Of a DNA stretch of 64,000 nt, positions 54,340 through 62,976 are shown piece by piece. The first letter of the stretch is position 1; every line of letters starts with the position of its first letter. Location of the stretch: IMG/VR virus record IMGVR_UViG_3300034200_002321; one strand, written 5' to 3'. The notes under the pieces were generated by a model. It did not search any database, was not told the origin of the DNA, and saw nothing but the letters and a program-made list of their open reading frames with translations. The translations under genes were made by a program, and so were the position numbers. This stretch comes from an uncultured virus (IMG/VR IMGVR_UViG_3300034200_002321). Lineage: Duplodnaviria > Heunggongvirae > Uroviricota > Caudoviricetes.

Positions 54340-54660
54340 GTGCGCAAAACAACACCACCCCCTGAGGTAGTAGACAGCAAGCTACGAGAGAGGCTTGAGC
54401 AGTATGTGCTGGATCACCACGCGATCCATATCATTCCAGAAAACACGCTGGAGCATTTTCTTCTGGTCGCAACGCCGCCAGTGAGAGACCAGCTGTGGAC
54501 TGTCGTGTTTGCCCTTCCGTGGGAACAGTTGAGAGCTCTTTACTCTCCGTCGAGCAACTGTGAGCCTTTTGAAGAATCTGTGAACAAGTACGCGGTCGAG
54601 ATCGCCACCTGTGTGTGGTCTCGTGAGTTTTCAAAACGGTATCCAACAGGAGAACGCTGA
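54340..54660 (+). CDS. Hypothetical protein
   Basis: AAGGA RBS. Confidence 0.55.
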   Translation: MRKTTPPPEVVDSKLRERLEQYVLDHHAIHIIPENTLEHFLLVATPPVRDQLWTVVFALPWEQLRALYSPSSNCEPFEESVNKYAVEIATCVWSREFSKRYPTGER

Positions 54661-54677
54661 CTTTTTGGAGGGACCAC

Positions 54678-54881
54678 GTGCCTGCTGTCGTTAGTACTGG
54701 TGCTGCTATTGAGAGTTTTTGTTACTTGACACTCAGAGAAGCGGTCGAAGTTGTTGCGTTTTTTCGCTCACTCGGCTGGGTTGTGTCCGAACCCATCCAA
54801 ACTTCAAGCCGCGAGCTGGGTTGGCAGCCGGATTGTTACGTTTACGTGCTTCACGCTGTTCACCACTCCCGTATTGATTAG
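54678..54881 (+). CDS. Hypothetical protein
   Basis: GGAGG RBS. Confidence 0.55.
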   Translation: MPAVVSTGAAIESFCYLTLREAVEVVAFFRSLGWVVSEPIQTSSRELGWQPDCYVYVLHAVHHSRID

Positions 54882-54900
54882 TTTTTCTTGGAGAAAAAAT

Positions 54901-55740
54901 ATGTCTGTTCAGCAGCTCACACCCGCGACAATTGACATGACACTGTGGGTTTCAACATACGCAAGTCAGTACCACCCCGCTCCGTGGGAGGCCGATGTCT
55001 GGCACTACGGACCTATTACGTCAGAGAATGGCCCTCTGCGAGTGGGACTTGATGTCTGGTCTGCGGTCTCCATGCTGCGGGCAGCGGACCTGAGGTATGC
55101 GGTGGAGTACCTCAATGATCTGGCCTACTGGGAGAGGTATAAGGACGATCGCAGACCTGCCTGGCTGCCACCCAGCCTGCTGATCTGGAGCGAACCCCCA
55201 GAGACAATCCAGTATCTGAATACTTGGTGGCATCGAAATTTTTCGTGGCGGTGCAGCAAGCACCAGTCACCGGAGCACGCCGGTGACGGGTCTCTCATCT
55301 ATCTGATGCTGGGGTGTGCAGACGCAACCCGTATGCAAGCTGCAACTGGCACCTTGCGGCCAGAGCACTACGACCGGGTGCTCATGTACTGTAAAGCCGC
55401 TGAGTGTTGGCGGTACAACACCATTGAAGGTGTTGATTTGTTGCGAGCCGAGCTGAACCTTGCGACAGCGGCAGGTCGCACGCCTGAACAAGCTGTTTTT
55501 GACATGCGGCAGGCAGACCTGGAGGCCTTTGAGCTCTGTGTGCACAGTAAGCACAAAGACGCATACGTTCGCTGGCTCAGAGGGTTGCAGGATGACGACT
55601 TGCGCAACATGTACTACACGCCGATGACGCACAACCCCCTGTGTGTTGCAGATCGAATTGAAAAGCAGCTTGGCATCATCTACCGAACGCTGTGTCATCA
55701 GATGCCGGGGTATGCTAATGCACCTTGGAATAGCCGTTAG
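54901..55740 (+). CDS. Hypothetical protein
   Basis: TTGGAG RBS before ATG 54901. Confidence 0.7.
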   Translation: MSVQQLTPATIDMTLWVSTYASQYHPAPWEADVWHYGPITSENGPLRVGLDVWSAVSMLRAADLRYAVEYLNDLAYWERYKDDRRPAWLPPSLLIWSEPPETIQYLNTWWHRNFSWRCSKHQSPEHAGDGSLIYLMLGCADATRMQAATGTLRPEHYDRVLMYCKAAECWRYNTIEGVDLLRAELNLATAAGRTPEQAVFDMRQADLEAFELCVHSKHKDAYVRWLRGLQDDDLRNMYYTPMTHNPLCVADRIEKQLGIIYRTLCHQMPGYANAPWNSR

Positions 55741-55742
55741 AA

Positions 55743-55801
55743 GCAGGTGACGGCGACTGTGTGGTGGGTCGGTGATGGTCACCGACCCACGTTTCTTTTT
55801 T
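55743..55801 (+). promoter_or_regulatory. Dispersed intergenic element, copy 8
   Basis: GCAG-GTGACGGC-GACTGTGTG plus perfect hairpin GTGGGTCGGTGA/TCACCGACCCAC and T-tract. Confidence 0.75.
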
Positions 55802-55816
55802 CGATTGGAGCTTTGT

Positions 55817-56587
55817 ATGGACTTGTGCAAGAAAACAAAAGAACACCCGGACTGGGTCAATACTGCAACAGGAGCGCACGTGCTCTTCGTCGACAGCATC
55901 TATCGCCTGGCGTACAGGAAGCTCGACGAAGGCGGGTCGTACTTGTTGGAGACGCCGCCGAAAAGGCTTCTGAGGTGGTTCTATACCGACGCCACTGAAG
56001 ACGAAAAGCAAACGCTGTCCGAGGTTCACGCGTGTATCGAACAGTTTGGGCAGGGTCTCCACATCAACAACAGCCCACTCGGTGTGTTTGTTTTGATGTA
56101 CAACGTCATGAACGGCAGGGCAGATCGGCTGCACACGGTGCTGGACCAAGGCATGCTGTCTCGTTTTGAAAAACGAATCCTCAAGAAAGACGGCACTCTG
56201 ACTAAAGAAGCACGTGCGGTCTTGGAGAGGACTGTGACTCCCGAGGTGCGGTATTGCCGGCCGTTCTACACCATCGACGGAGTGCTTCCCGAGCCACCGT
56301 ACTACCGGTGTGGTTTTTACGCATCACCACGCTACAACAAGCTGTATTTGCGTCTTGATACCAATTTTGCTGTGACACGAACAGACACATACAACGGAAA
56401 TCAAACACGAGAGATACTTTTGGCAGACACTGACAATGGGGTTGTGTCAAACATCCACCTGTGGTTCACCCCTCGGCGTACTGACTGGACTGAAATCGAA
56501 GTACTTGCGCTCAAGGCACGAACAAAAGAGCTGCGAGCCGCGTATGAGCGAAGCCGCAGTCTGGCCGACGAATTTCCTGACTACTGA
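55817..56587 (+). CDS. Hypothetical protein
   Basis: TTGGAG RBS before ATG 55817. Confidence 0.7.
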   Translation: MDLCKKTKEHPDWVNTATGAHVLFVDSIYRLAYRKLDEGGSYLLETPPKRLLRWFYTDATEDEKQTLSEVHACIEQFGQGLHINNSPLGVFVLMYNVMNGRADRLHTVLDQGMLSRFEKRILKKDGTLTKEARAVLERTVTPEVRYCRPFYTIDGVLPEPPYYRCGFYASPRYNKLYLRLDTNFAVTRTDTYNGNQTREILLADTDNGVVSNIHLWFTPRRTDWTEIEVLALKARTKELRAAYERSRSLADEFPDY

Positions 56588-56612
56588 CCAATCACAAACG
56601 AGGAGTGTTGTT

Positions 56613-56900
56613 GTGCGAGTCACCATGGTGATGTCATCTAAACCAAACTCAAACGAGCTACACCTGAACTGGTCCGCCGATGAGTACAACAAGGACGCAA
56701 GTCTGCAGAGCACATATGCTGTTGGACAGAAGTTCCAACGGATCACACAAGCCAGCGCGAAACTTTGCATCGGCTTTCCGGGGCCTTGGCGGGTCCAATC
56801 GCACAGTGCCAACGAAGATTCCAGCGTGACTGTAGTCCTCGTAAAACACAAGCGGGTCCGAAAGCCAAGCAGTGCAGGGTCTGGCTTTTTCTGCCGGTAA
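56613..56900 (+). CDS. Hypothetical protein
   Basis: GAGGAG RBS; start uncertain. Confidence 0.5.
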   Translation: MRVTMVMSSKPNSNELHLNWSADEYNKDASLQSTYAVGQKFQRITQASAKLCIGFPGPWRVQSHSANEDSSVTVVLVKHKRVRKPSSAGSGFFCR

Positions 56901-57004
56901 ACACGAAGACATACCAATGCTCTTTTTGTAGAGCATCGGTACTGGTTCAAATATCAACTCTCGTAATAAGGACACACTGATGCCAAACAAAAAACCAAGA
57001 CAGA

Positions 57005-57235
57005 GTGTACGAGCTGTACGATAAGTTTGAGGCTGCTGTGGAAGAGACGCAGGGCTGGGGTTCGGAGATCGAATCAGAGCTGACTACTCTGTTGGACCCT
57101 GAATGCTACGCCGTTGAAGAATCCCGTCTCAGCACTATCGAGTCAATAGAGACGAGTGTGAAGGCGCTGCGGACGTACCTCCGCACTCTCAAACGTGTGT
57201 CTGCAAAAATCGTGGATCTCAAAAAAGCCAAGTAG
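57005..57235 (+). CDS. Small coiled-coil protein
   Basis: Helical ORF followed by a T-tract. Confidence 0.55.
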   Translation: MYELYDKFEAAVEETQGWGSEIESELTTLLDPECYAVEESRLSTIESIETSVKALRTYLRTLKRVSAKIVDLKKAK

Positions 57236-57274
57236 CTTTTTTGCTGGTATTTTTCTTATTCTCGGAGACTATCG

Positions 57275-58021
57275 ATGGCAGGATATTTGTTCTATGACGG
57301 GCCGTCTATGCTGGACGGAGCCCCGATCATTGGCGTAGCAACCACTGGCAGCAAAAACTCAAAGACCGGGCCGCTGCTGCAGACGTGGATTCTTCTGAGG
57401 GACCAACACCCGTTTGTCGGAGCACACACCGGAGAGGATGCTTCTGTCTGCGGTGACTGTCCACTGCGTGGTCTTGTCGTCAACAGCCGCAACAAGCACC
57501 GATCGTGCTATGTGCAGATCCACAGAGCCCCTGCAGCGGTGTGGAAGGCACATCGTCGCAGCCCCTACCCGCCACTGCCCAAACAGAGTGCGCTGTTGAA
57601 AGCGTACTCTGTGCGAATTGGTAGCTACGGAGACCCCGTGGCGATCCCAATCCATTATTGGGAGAGGCTTTGGTCTCTCTGTGCAAACGAAGTGAGACCG
57701 GGATATACTCACCAGTGGCGAGACAGTCGTTTCCGGCACTGGTCTCGGCATCTCATGGCCTCAGTGGAATCTGAGGCAGACGCTATCTCAGCTCGCATCG
57801 CTGGGTGGCGCACATTCCGGCTGATTCCATCGGTCGATCAGATATCCTCGGAGGAGATCCTGTGTCCCGCATCGCCGGAAGCCGGCAACAAAGCCACGTG
57901 TTCCACCTGTGGAGCGTGTGACGGTAAAAAGTCAGAGTCAGACGGGCGCCGCAGTGTAGCGATCGTCCTGCATGGCTCATTCAACCGTGTGAAATCCGCA
58001 AAGGCGGCGCACATCATCTAG
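57275..58021 (+). CDS. Cys-rich phage protein of the Gp88-like / radical-SAM-related type
   Basis: NSKTG, CGDCP...CYV, RIGSYGDP, GYTHQW, MASVES, GWRTF, CPAS...CSTCGAC...HG. Confidence 0.7.
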   Translation: MAGYLFYDGPSMLDGAPIIGVATTGSKNSKTGPLLQTWILLRDQHPFVGAHTGEDASVCGDCPLRGLVVNSRNKHRSCYVQIHRAPAAVWKAHRRSPYPPLPKQSALLKAYSVRIGSYGDPVAIPIHYWERLWSLCANEVRPGYTHQWRDSRFRHWSRHLMASVESEADAISARIAGWRTFRLIPSVDQISSEEILCPASPEAGNKATCSTCGACDGKKSESDGRRSVAIVLHGSFNRVKSAKAAHII

Positions 58022-58025
58022 GAGA

Positions 58026-58445
58026 TTGGTCTTGTACCGAGTTCTTTTGCATTTTGCTGACGGGTATATGTACACAATGAATGTCGACAGCGAATGGGCG
58101 GAGGTGCTTGAAAGGCTGATGTTGGCTGACATCATCTGCCCCGACGAGGTCGAGCGCAGAGTCACTCGCATCTCTCAGCACCTCACGGACAACGAGGTGT
58201 GTTCGCACCTGTTGAACGCACAGTCCTGCATCAGCAAGCATTTTGCGACATACCCAGCAGTGACTTGGAGCGTCGACCTGAGAAACCGCATCGCTGTCTC
58301 ATCTGTCGGGTGCACACTGACCGTGTCCGTACCGGATACAGATGAGCCGAACGTCACCTGCTTACGTGTCGCGATTGGCTGTCTTCGCGACTCGGAAGCT
58401 CACCGGATTCTGCATGCTGCTGGAGTGCCGGCGTGCCTTACCTGA
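58026..58445 (+). CDS. Hypothetical protein
   Basis: ORF in operon; start uncertain. Confidence 0.55.
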   Translation: MVLYRVLLHFADGYMYTMNVDSEWAEVLERLMLADIICPDEVERRVTRISQHLTDNEVCSHLLNAQSCISKHFATYPAVTWSVDLRNRIAVSSVGCTLTVSVPDTDEPNVTCLRVAIGCLRDSEAHRILHAAGVPACLT

Positions 58446-58771
58446 TTGAGATAGCCAACGACCCCCCACTCGTTGTGCTCAGGCACGGCGAGTGGGATTC
58501 TTTCGACGCGATCAGGGCACAAGACCTGTCTATCAATTGGCCAGCTGCAAGAAGCTGCACCACTTGGAACAGGCTGGTAGATGTGCCTGTGCCGCTGCAG
58601 AAATGGTATCGCCTGCTTGTTGAAGAATTCAGCAACAGGCTGTACCTCTGTGAAAACGGCTCTGTGTGGACCACCGCTGTCTCCCCCGACGGGGTGCGGT
58701 GGGCCACGAAACCTGTCAGGTTCCACGCGAACATGACATACCTGTATGACTTTGCCATTCGAGAGGTGTGA
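58433..58771 (+). CDS. Hypothetical protein
   Basis: GGAG RBS. Confidence 0.55.
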   Translation: MPYLIEIANDPPLVVLRHGEWDSFDAIRAQDLSINWPAARSCTTWNRLVDVPVPLQKWYRLLVEEFSNRLYLCENGSVWTTAVSPDGVRWATKPVRFHANMTYLYDFAIREV

Positions 58772-58772
58772 C

Positions 58773-58967
58773 TTGTCAGAAAAAGGATTAGTGCTGACTG
58801 TACCTGTTGGCCGTCATGCTGTCATCAACCCAGGCCCTAACCAGCTGAAGGTGGAGGTAGCACGCGTTTCGGGTGATAAGGTACGACTGAGATTCCTTGG
58901 TGACCGAGAGTGTTACAAGGTCATTCGTGATTCACTCGTACACGAAGAGGATGTTGACATTGTCTGA
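58773..58967 (+). CDS. CsrA/RsmA-like RNA-binding protein (divergent)
   Basis: LVLT..VG...VI....LKVEVARVSGDKVRLRF matches the CsrA beta-strand pattern. Confidence 0.65.
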   Translation: MSEKGLVLTVPVGRHAVINPGPNQLKVEVARVSGDKVRLRFLGDRECYKVIRDSLVHEEDVDIV

Positions 58968-59106
58968 GATCATCGCTGGATACGCAGTCCCCACGGCGAT
59001 GCTGGTACTCGTTGCCGGTGTCGTTGTGAAGGCCTGCGTGACGTTGTGGGGTGTGCATCAAACCGAAAAAACTCAAGGATACCGGAGGGTCAAATGGCGA
59101 AAATGA
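58960..59106 (+). CDS. Small membrane protein
   Basis: Single TM helix and basic tail. Confidence 0.45.
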   Translation: MSEIIAGYAVPTAMLVLVAGVVVKACVTLWGVHQTEKTQGYRRVKWRK

Positions 59107-59666
59107 GCGACCGTCCACGGGACTGCCGAGACTGGCAGCCTTGGTGGCGGCATGTTGTGATGGTTGACGTTGAAAAGAACACATGTGAAGCTGTCGTGTG
59201 GGAGATCTGCCGCTCCCGTGCCAACCGTTGCTGGATGATACGCAGCGTCACCGTGCATTTGCAGGGACACCAGGAGCAACGATCACCCGGCGCGAGTCGG
59301 TGTGTGCCTGTCGAGGTGGGCCACCAGTGCTACGGGTTGGCACTGGCATATGACTCGCAAGCGAACCAGGCAGCGACTCCCGACCTGTTCAAGACAGGGA
59401 TCCCCTTTGCTATAGAGCCAGAGCCCCAAGTGGTCCTGCAAGACTCTTGGTTCGATGGCCGACCACACAAGATTGTTTGGCCTCCCGGTGTGTTCGCGCT
59501 GCACATGGCGTTGCGTAGGGCCTGCCGAACGCGGCGTGTGCGGTGCAACATCAGCGTCACCAAACCGCCCAGTGGGTGGATCGTGAAAAACATCGTCCCC
59601 GAAACACCAGCAGAGCTGCTGTTCTGCACAACAGGAGCGGCATGTGCCACACGTCATCCCCGATGA
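59094..59666 (+). CDS. Hypothetical protein
   Basis: GGAGG RBS. Confidence 0.55.
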   Translation: MAKMSDRPRDCRDWQPWWRHVVMVDVEKNTCEAVVWEICRSRANRCWMIRSVTVHLQGHQEQRSPGASRCVPVEVGHQCYGLALAYDSQANQAATPDLFKTGIPFAIEPEPQVVLQDSWFDGRPHKIVWPPGVFALHMALRRACRTRRVRCNISVTKPPSGWIVKNIVPETPAELLFCTTGAACATRHPR

Positions 59667-60381
59667 GCCTTGGCCAGACCGCCCACAACCGTCGGACTCT
59701 AAACCTGAGTCGCAGTACGACCAATACGGTGATGGGCAAACGTGGGAGTTTAGTCAGCCCCAAGACTGTAAGAACGTCGGCCACCTGCAGATCACGCTTT
59801 TGCGTCATGCAAAAATCCGCGGGTGGAACGTGCGCAGTAGCGTGAGCGGGGGCCGGCTGCGGTTTCAACGGCTACCGCTGCTGCCTGTTGTGATCGAGAT
59901 GTGGGTGCCTTTTGAGCTCTACCTACTGCTCAGCAGGGCAGACCGGCTGGACCTCGAAACAGATTGGGGGTGTGTCCAGCACCTCTCCGCACTGGCTGCT
60001 GCCTTTGCGGCCGGAGACTGCAGTGCGGTCTTCCCCGAGTCAAACAGGAAGACTGCCCTGCGCCACCTGCACGAGGTGCAAGCTCATCTGATGCGAGGCT
60101 CGGACAAGCATTTGTATGCGACTCCGATCACCAGTGCGGTCAGCTGCCTGTGTTCCTCTGCAAAACACGATCAGAGGCGGGACTTGGCAATGGCAACGCA
60201 CGTTCTTGATTCGTTGGAGTTTTCATTGACGTACTGGCTTGTTGACGCGTGTCGCGAGTGTTTTGCGGCAGCCCCGAATCCGGTTGTATTCGTACCACCA
60301 ACTGACCGGGTGCTGAGAGGTCCTGACTTAGGCCCTCAAGGCATGCTCGTGTCGTGGTATGGAGCCAGCCGCACATTGTAG
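59644..60381 (+). CDS. Hypothetical protein
   Basis: AGGAG RBS. Confidence 0.6.
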   Translation: MPHVIPDEPWPDRPQPSDSKPESQYDQYGDGQTWEFSQPQDCKNVGHLQITLLRHAKIRGWNVRSSVSGGRLRFQRLPLLPVVIEMWVPFELYLLLSRADRLDLETDWGCVQHLSALAAAFAAGDCSAVFPESNRKTALRHLHEVQAHLMRGSDKHLYATPITSAVSCLCSSAKHDQRRDLAMATHVLDSLEFSLTYWLVDACRECFAAAPNPVVFVPPTDRVLRGPDLGPQGMLVSWYGASRTL

Positions 60382-60395
60382 GAGAGGAGTAGTCC

Positions 60396-60749
60396 GTGTC
60401 CCAAGACACACCCATTTCAATCAGAATGCGTGGCTTTGCGCGGTTGAGCAGGAATTATCGACAGCGGCTGATCCGAGAAGCTAAGGACGCACAGCGGCTT
60501 TTTAGAAATCTACCAGAGCGACAATGCTGCTGGGGCGGCCTGACTATCGCAGAGATGGAGAAAGCACACATTATGTCGCAAGACTGGGAATCCCGTCGGC
60601 AGCAGGCCGTGTCTGAACTGCTGAGCCGCGGGTACACTCTCGGCCGGAAGAAAGACCCAAGCGGTACGTTCCGCACCGGGTGGTGGTGTGATAGCCGCTG
60701 GATCGCAGAGACAGCGGAAGAGGCCCTTCGTCTCGTCAACGGTAACTGA
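60396..60749 (+). CDS. Hypothetical protein
   Basis: GAGGAG RBS. Confidence 0.6.
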   Translation: MSQDTPISIRMRGFARLSRNYRQRLIREAKDAQRLFRNLPERQCCWGGLTIAEMEKAHIMSQDWESRRQQAVSELLSRGYTLGRKKDPSGTFRTGWWCDSRWIAETAEEALRLVNGN

Positions 60750-60764
60750 AGAAAGGTTTGTTGC

Positions 60765-61040
60765 ATGCCAACTCCAAAGAGCATCATAGATCTGTCCGTA
60801 TCAATCCTCAACGAGTCGTTTGATAAATACAAGACTGCCTGCTACGGAGACAGAGAACTACCGGCGGATCAGCTGCACGAGGTAAGGCGTGCTTACCTGA
60901 GTGGGATGATCTGGTATGTATCGAAGATGGAGCATACGTCACTGATGTTGCCAATCCTCTGCGAAGCGGTCGCAAAGATACTGGAGCTCGACTCCAACAT
61001 CACCGCAGCGATTGATAAATCGCCTGTGAAAGACGGCTGA
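60765..61040 (+). CDS. Hypothetical protein
   Basis: AAAGG RBS; last plus-strand gene. Confidence 0.6.
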   Translation: MPTPKSIIDLSVSILNESFDKYKTACYGDRELPADQLHEVRRAYLSGMIWYVSKMEHTSLMLPILCEAVAKILELDSNITAAIDKSPVKDG

Positions 61041-61065
61041 CACTGTCTCGGCTTGTGCCGTGGTT

Positions 61066-61097
61066 CACGCCCCGGAGGTCGGCCGGGGTGTTTCTTT
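61066..61097 (+). terminator. Probable intrinsic terminator
   Basis: CGCCCCGG-loop-CCGGGGTG followed by TTTCTTT at the convergence point. Confidence 0.6.
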
Positions 61098-61247
61098 GAG
61101 ACAACCAGCAAGGAGAGGCGGGAGGCATCAGATGCAAAACCACAATGTTGATATCGCAATGGTGCTCATGGTGTTGGCAGTAGTTGCCAACACAGCTGCA
61201 GTCGCGATGATCGTATGGGAGCTTATTCGCCTGTGGTGACTCAGCGG

Positions 61248-62690
61248 TCACCTCGCGGCCGGTGCATACCCCTTTAATCGAGCGTAGTCCCGAAGGTGCA
61301 GCAGCAAGTCGTCCTGCATCTCGACCTTGTCTGAAATCCGCTGCCAAATGAGCTCGTGGACCGTTCCTTTGGCGCACAGTTTATGGATCCGGACGGTCGA
61401 ACCAACGCCCATGCGCCACACACGAGCGTTGAACTGCTGGTAGTACTCGCTGCTGTCCGTCGGTCCAAACCAAACGATGTCCCGGCAGCTGCCCTTCTGC
61501 ATGTTCACCCCATGAGCCATCGACATGGGGTGAACAGCCAGCACGTTCGGGCGGAGCGTGTCGCTGTTCCACCGTTCGACAATGTCCGCAGTTTCACGGG
61601 CCGACACCCCACCGGCAACCCACCGCATCCCGGGGAACGCGCGGCGAAGGCTCTGCAACTCGTGTGTGAAGTGGAAGGCCACCAGCAGTGGCTTGCGATT
61701 CAGCTCTTCGTGCAGATCCACCACCGCGTCTACCATCTCACTGTGCACCTGATGGGCCTGTTTCTGCTCGTCGTAGATATGCCCGCTGGCGATCTGCCGA
61801 CAACACATATATTTTGCTGCGGCGTTACTCGCCTCGCGAGGGTCGCCACTCTGCAGCGTAACAAACATTCGTTTTTCCATATCCTCGTACGCAGCGCGTG
61901 CGCTTGGTGGCAGGTCGACGTACACCAGCTTTTCGATCTTTTGCGGCATGCTGAGATAGTCCTGTATGTCCAGCCGCAGGCACATGGGTGCTACTTCCTG
62001 ATCGAACCGCCCCTCGTATGCAGGGTGAATGGTCCATCGGTTGTGGTCGCGGTCCCCCTCCGCTGCACAGAACCTCCGGCGAAAAGTTGTCACATCTTTT
62101 CCAAGAGGACATTGTTCCCCGTTGAGTAGCCACAGCTGAGGGAACAGGTCCACTTTGTTGTTCGGTGTCGGTGTGCCGTTCATGATCACCTTGAACGGGA
62201 TGCTCTGTGCCAGCTTTCGCATCGCGATTGATCGCTGGGCACTCCACGTACGAAAGCTGCCGCTCTCGTCAACCACCAGCAAATCCCACGGAAGCCTTTC
62301 GCGACCAGCAACACTCTTAGCCAGCCAATCCATCGCATCCCTGTTAATTATGTGAATGTTTGCCTGCGTGGCGAGCGCTTTGCGACGGTCGAACACATTC
62401 CCCACAGCCACGGCGTGCGTCATATGCCGGAAGTTGCTCCAGGTTGCAACCTCGGTTGGCCAAACGTGCCTGCACACGGTTTTCGGCGCCACGATCAGGG
62501 TGCGTGACGGGAACCCAAACTCTCGCATCTGCCGGATCCACTCCAACACGATGGCCGTCTTGCCCATGCCGGGGTCCAGGAACAGCGCACCGCCGCCACT
62601 ACTGTTACCGGAAAGCAGCGTGCGATTGTGCAGGAATTTTATGGCGCTTTGTTGGTACCGGAGAGGCGTCCACTCTTTCATCATTATCAC
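61248..62690 (-). CDS. SNF2-family helicase
   Basis: LDPGMGKT, LIVAP, VVDES, NGTP, HGVNMQ, QFNARVWRMG. Confidence 0.9.
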   Translation of the reverse strand: MIMMKEWTPLRYQQSAIKFLHNRTLLSGNSSGGGALFLDPGMGKTAIVLEWIRQMREFGFPSRTLIVAPKTVCRHVWPTEVATWSNFRHMTHAVAVGNVFDRRKALATQANIHIINRDAMDWLAKSVAGRERLPWDLLVVDESGSFRTWSAQRSIAMRKLAQSIPFKVIMNGTPTPNNKVDLFPQLWLLNGEQCPLGKDVTTFRRRFCAAEGDRDHNRWTIHPAYEGRFDQEVAPMCLRLDIQDYLSMPQKIEKLVYVDLPPSARAAYEDMEKRMFVTLQSGDPREASNAAAKYMCCRQIASGHIYDEQKQAHQVHSEMVDAVVDLHEELNRKPLLVAFHFTHELQSLRRAFPGMRWVAGGVSARETADIVERWNSDTLRPNVLAVHPMSMAHGVNMQKGSCRDIVWFGPTDSSEYYQQFNARVWRMGVGSTVRIHKLCAKGTVHELIWQRISDKVEMQDDLLLHLRDYARLKGYAPAAR

Positions 62691-62976
62691 TCCAGAATAG
62701 TCTTACAAAAGCAACGGCCTCTTTGCCTGTGTGGCACACGGCGGCACAGTACCCGTTCGCAACCAACCAGCTTATCTTCCGCTGCTGGCAGCTGGCGACG
62801 ACGCTGCCTTCTTTCTTTGGCCGTTTCATTTCGATGTACAGCGGGTAGCCAAGACCCGGAATGAGCACCATTCGATCTGGCCACCCCTTGTCCGCCTTCA
62901 CCACGAATTTTACGCACTGGATGCCGCGAACCTTACACCACCGACGGAGGTATCTTTCGTGCGCACTTTCTCTCAC
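62605..62976 (-). CDS. VRR-NUC nuclease
   Basis: RES..E, GWPDR, IEMK, Q motifs. Confidence 0.85.
   Translation of the reverse strand: MRESAHERYLRRWCKVRGIQCVKFVVKADKGWPDRMVLIPGLGYPLYIEMKRPKKEGSVVASCQQRKISWLVANGYCAAVCHTGKEAVAFVRLFWSDNDERVDASPVPTKRHKIPAQSHAAFR

Noticed and set aside
46735..55801. Classical integron or CRISPR interpretation of the dispersed element
   Set aside because: No tyrosine integron integrase and no RYYYAAC/GTTRRRY ends; the intervening DNA is whole genes, not spacers.
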